Source of the DNA: a virus
Lineage: Duplodnaviria; Caudoviricetes
IMG/VR virus record: IMGVR_UViG_3300031992_000029
Span: 1-64,000 of that record
Length of the DNA stretch: 64,000 nucleotides
Direction: 5' to 3' (one strand)
Under the pieces are notes generated by a model, which saw only the letters and a list, made by a program, of their open reading frames with translations, had not been told where the DNA came from and searched no databases. Both the position numbers and the translations under genes were made by a program. Numbering within the stretch: position 1 is the stretch's first letter; every line of letters begins with the position of its first letter. This document shows positions 61,780 through 64,000 of this stretch, piece by piece.

Positions 61780-62229
61780 ATGGAAATTAGAGTTTACATG
61801 GATGCCCTGGAAGTGATTGAAAAAGAGATTAAGGGCATTGTTAAGAAAGATTCTATCACACCAGCTGAGCTGGCAAATTTAAAAGAAGCTCTGTGCGCTG
61901 CAGAGAAAATCATTGACATTATTGGCGACCTCCCTAATGATGCAAATGATTACAGCAATGGTACTGGGTACGCTCAGTCCTATGCTATTAGACCTGGATT
62001 CAGGCATGAATATGAAGCGCCATATTCGTACAGGCGCGGAAGGTCTATGACAACTGGTCGCTATATCAGTCGTGGTGAGGCCGGAAGAAACTATGGAGAT
62101 GTCTATAGTGGACATAGCATTCACGACAGAATGGTAGCCAAGATTGAAGAAATGTACGATGAAGCAAAAACTGACCATGAGCGTCAGGTAATCGATAATG
62201 CTATTCGCATGATCGAACAACACTCTTAA
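61780..62229 (+). CDS. Hypothetical protein with Y/R/G/S-rich linker (cassette gene 6)
   Basis: Helical ends flanking YSYRRGRS..GRYISR..YSGH. Confidence 0.8.
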   Translation: MEIRVYMDALEVIEKEIKGIVKKDSITPAELANLKEALCAAEKIIDIIGDLPNDANDYSNGTGYAQSYAIRPGFRHEYEAPYSYRRGRSMTTGRYISRGEAGRNYGDVYSGHSIHDRMVAKIEEMYDEAKTDHERQVIDNAIRMIEQHS

Positions 62230-62240
62230 GTGTTGTCAAA

Positions 62241-62312
62241 TGGCGGCGGGCTTTATGCCTGTCGCCTATACTAAAACAATGAACAACTAGGCCGTCGTAT
62301 GGCGGCCTTTTT
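62241..62312 (+). terminator. Two hairpins, the second with U-tract
   Basis: GGCGGCGGGC..GCCTGTCGCC and AGGCCGTC-GTAT-GGCGGCCT-TTTT. Confidence 0.7.
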
Positions 62313-62339
62313 ATATTGAAAAGAATTAAAGGAGATGTC

Positions 62340-64000
62340 ATGTCGAAATTAGTAATGGACATATCTCAGTTTAACAATATAACTGATTGGTCTAAGGTTA
62401 AGAATGAGGTCGATGCTGTCATAGTGAGAATAGGATATAGAGGTTCTCATACAGGCATAATCACATATGATCCAAAGTTTGCAGATAATATTAAAAATCT
62501 GCAAAAATATAACATTCCTTATTCTGGATATTATTTTCCATGTTCAATTAACGACAACGAGGCTGATGAAGAAGGCGACTTCATCATCAAGACAATCAAA
62601 AACTATAATATGGAACTATCTCTCCCATTCTATCTTGATTCGGAACTTGTACATAGAGATAAGTCAGGAAGATCTGACAAATTATCTAAGGCTGATAGAA
62701 CACGATTCTTGAATAGAATCTTTGCGAAACTTAAATCGGCTAACATAAGGTATGGTGTCTACGCATCAACGTATTGGTATTCTGACCATTTAAATGATGA
62801 CGATCTTATGGAAGGTGTATCAAGGTGGGTGGCGCAGTATGCATCTGTAAATGAATATTCAAGACATAGTTGTGACATGTGGCAGTATACATCTAAGGGT
62901 AGTATCGACGGTGTGTCTGGCGTCGTAGACCTTAGTAACTGCTATATTGAGATCACAAAAAATCATGTTGATACTAAACAAACTGATAACAAAATGAAAA
63001 CGGTTGATGAATACATCGACGATGTTATTAGCACAGCTAAAAATGAGGTCGGTTATTTAGAGAAAAGGTCAAATTCTAACTTAGACAACAAGACGGCTAA
63101 TGCCGGATATAACAACTATACAAAATATTGGAGAGACATCAAAAGTTGGGGTCTTGGTAATTATCAAGCACAGTACTGGTGCGCAGCCTTCATCTTTTGG
63201 TGCTTTGTAAAAACATTTGGTGTACAGACAGCAAAACAACTTTTACTACACGCGCCATATATTAATTGTCAGACGATAGCAAATCTATTTAGGTCGAGAG
63301 GAAAATTATTTAGCGATCCGAAGGTAGGTGATGTAGTTGTATTCTACACCAGAAAGTCAGGACTGTTTGGTCATACTGGTCTAGTCTATAGGGTCGACTC
63401 TTCTAACTTTTATACGATTGAGGGAAACACGTCTGCGGCTGGTGGCGTTGTAGCAAATGGTGGCGCTGTTGAATACAAACGATACTCTATTAAAGATTCA
63501 AAGAGTGCTGGTCATAAGTTCTGTAGACCTGATTATACAATCATCAAAGGAGAAAGTCATGTTCCTGTAAAGGAAAACAAAGACTATTTATCCAAGGGTG
63601 ATAGCGGTAGCAATGTCAAGGAAATGCAAAAGATGCTCATAGCTATAGGATATACATGTGGATTAGGTGGAGCAGACGGCAACTTCGGATCGATTACAGA
63701 AAGCGCTGTTAAATCTTTTCAGAAAGACCACGGTCTTACTGTTGACGGTGTGTGCGGTAAGAAAACAATGCCCGTTCTTAAGGCAGAATATGCTGCAAGA
63801 AATTATCTGTCAAACACCGATACTGGTAGTGCTGTAACAGAGATGCAGAAAATGTTGGTTGCACTTGGTTATAACGTAGGTACAAAAGGTGCCGATGGCA
63901 TTTTCGGGACAACGACAGATAAGGCTGTGCGAAAGTTTCAAGCAGAGCATGAACTTGCCATCGACGGACGGTACGGGCCAAAGACTAAAGCCGAATTAGA
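62340..64000 (+). CDS. Endolysin: GH25 muramidase + CHAP + two PG-binding domains (truncated at window end; absent from ORF track)
   Basis: RBS AAAGGAG; translated by hand: MSKLVMDISQFN, YLDSE, WQYTSKG (GH25); YWCAAF, GHTG, IEGNT (CHAP); DG.FG..T..AV..FQ..H.L..DG..G x2. Confidence 0.92.
   Translation, partial: MSKLVMDISQFNNITDWSKVKNEVDAVIVRIGYRGSHTGIITYDPKFADNIKNLQKYNIPYSGYYFPCSINDNEADEEGDFIIKTIKNYNMELSLPFYLDSELVHRDKSGRSDKLSKADRTRFLNRIFAKLKSANIRYGVYASTYWYSDHLNDDDLMEGVSRWVAQYASVNEYSRHSCDMWQYTSKGSIDGVSGVVDLSNCYIEITKNHVDTKQTDNKMKTVDEYIDDVISTAKNEVGYLEKRSNSNLDNKTANAGYNNYTKYWRDIKSWGLGNYQAQYWCAAFIFWCFVKTFGVQTAKQLLLHAPYINCQTIANLFRSRGKLFSDPKVGDVVVFYTRKSGLFGHTGLVYRVDSSNFYTIEGNTSAAGGVVANGGAVEYKRYSIKDSKSAGHKFCRPDYTIIKGESHVPVKENKDYLSKGDSGSNVKEMQKMLIAIGYTCGLGGADGNFGSITESAVKSFQKDHGLTVDGVCGKKTMPVLKAEYAARNYLSNTDTGSAVTEMQKMLVALGYNVGTKGADGIFGTTTDKAVRKFQAEHELAIDGRYGPKTKAEL

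Larger units (their letters stand above)
1..64000. mobile_element. Large SPbeta-like temperate siphophage/prophage genome segment
   Basis: YonO-type RNAP, terminase-portal-protease-capsid-tail-TMP-Dit-Tal-fibre-lysin order, two tyrosine recombinases; no host housekeeping genes seen. Confidence 0.93.

Noticed and set aside
62995-63010. Internal start giving a separate CHAP lysin (MKTVDE)
   Set aside because: No recognisable Shine-Dalgarno upstream
1-64000. tRNA/rRNA genes, introns, inteins, stop-codon recoding
   Set aside because: None recognised; large genes are intact under the standard code

Overview
The whole window reads as part of a large temperate siphophage (or prophage) of the SPbeta/c-st-like type infecting a Firmicute, probably a clostridial host (inferred from strong Gram-positive RBSs, Gram-positive-type SOS boxes and a GH25/CHAP lysin). 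Bases 1-2.7 kb are a compositionally anomalous block saturated with CCWGG/GGCC/CCGG; it holds a 58-bp tandem repeat and a 694-aa sigma-factor-like gene preceded by three LexA-type boxes. From 3.5 to 10.1 kb lie a tyrosine recombinase, an SF2-like ATPase, a short C5 DNA methyltransferase and a YonO-like single-subunit RNA polymerase (NGADFDGD). The long late region (10.3-59.3 kb) encodes a metallophosphoesterase, a second tyrosine recombinase, an HU-like protein, terminase, portal, protease/scaffold, capsid, head-tail and tail proteins, RusA, a 3356-aa tape measure, Dit, Tal and a large receptor-binding arsenal (CotH-kinase/LamG/LRR giant, SGNH esterase, YadA-like fibre). An unexplained six-gene Cys/Gly-rich cassette (59.5-62.2 kb) precedes a GH25+CHAP+PG-binding endolysin that runs off the window end. 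Best candidates for new biology: the six-gene cassette, the SOS-box / giant sigma-like / YonO RNAP cascade, and the methylation-motif-saturated left block. All protein calls come from motif recognition by eye, without database searches.
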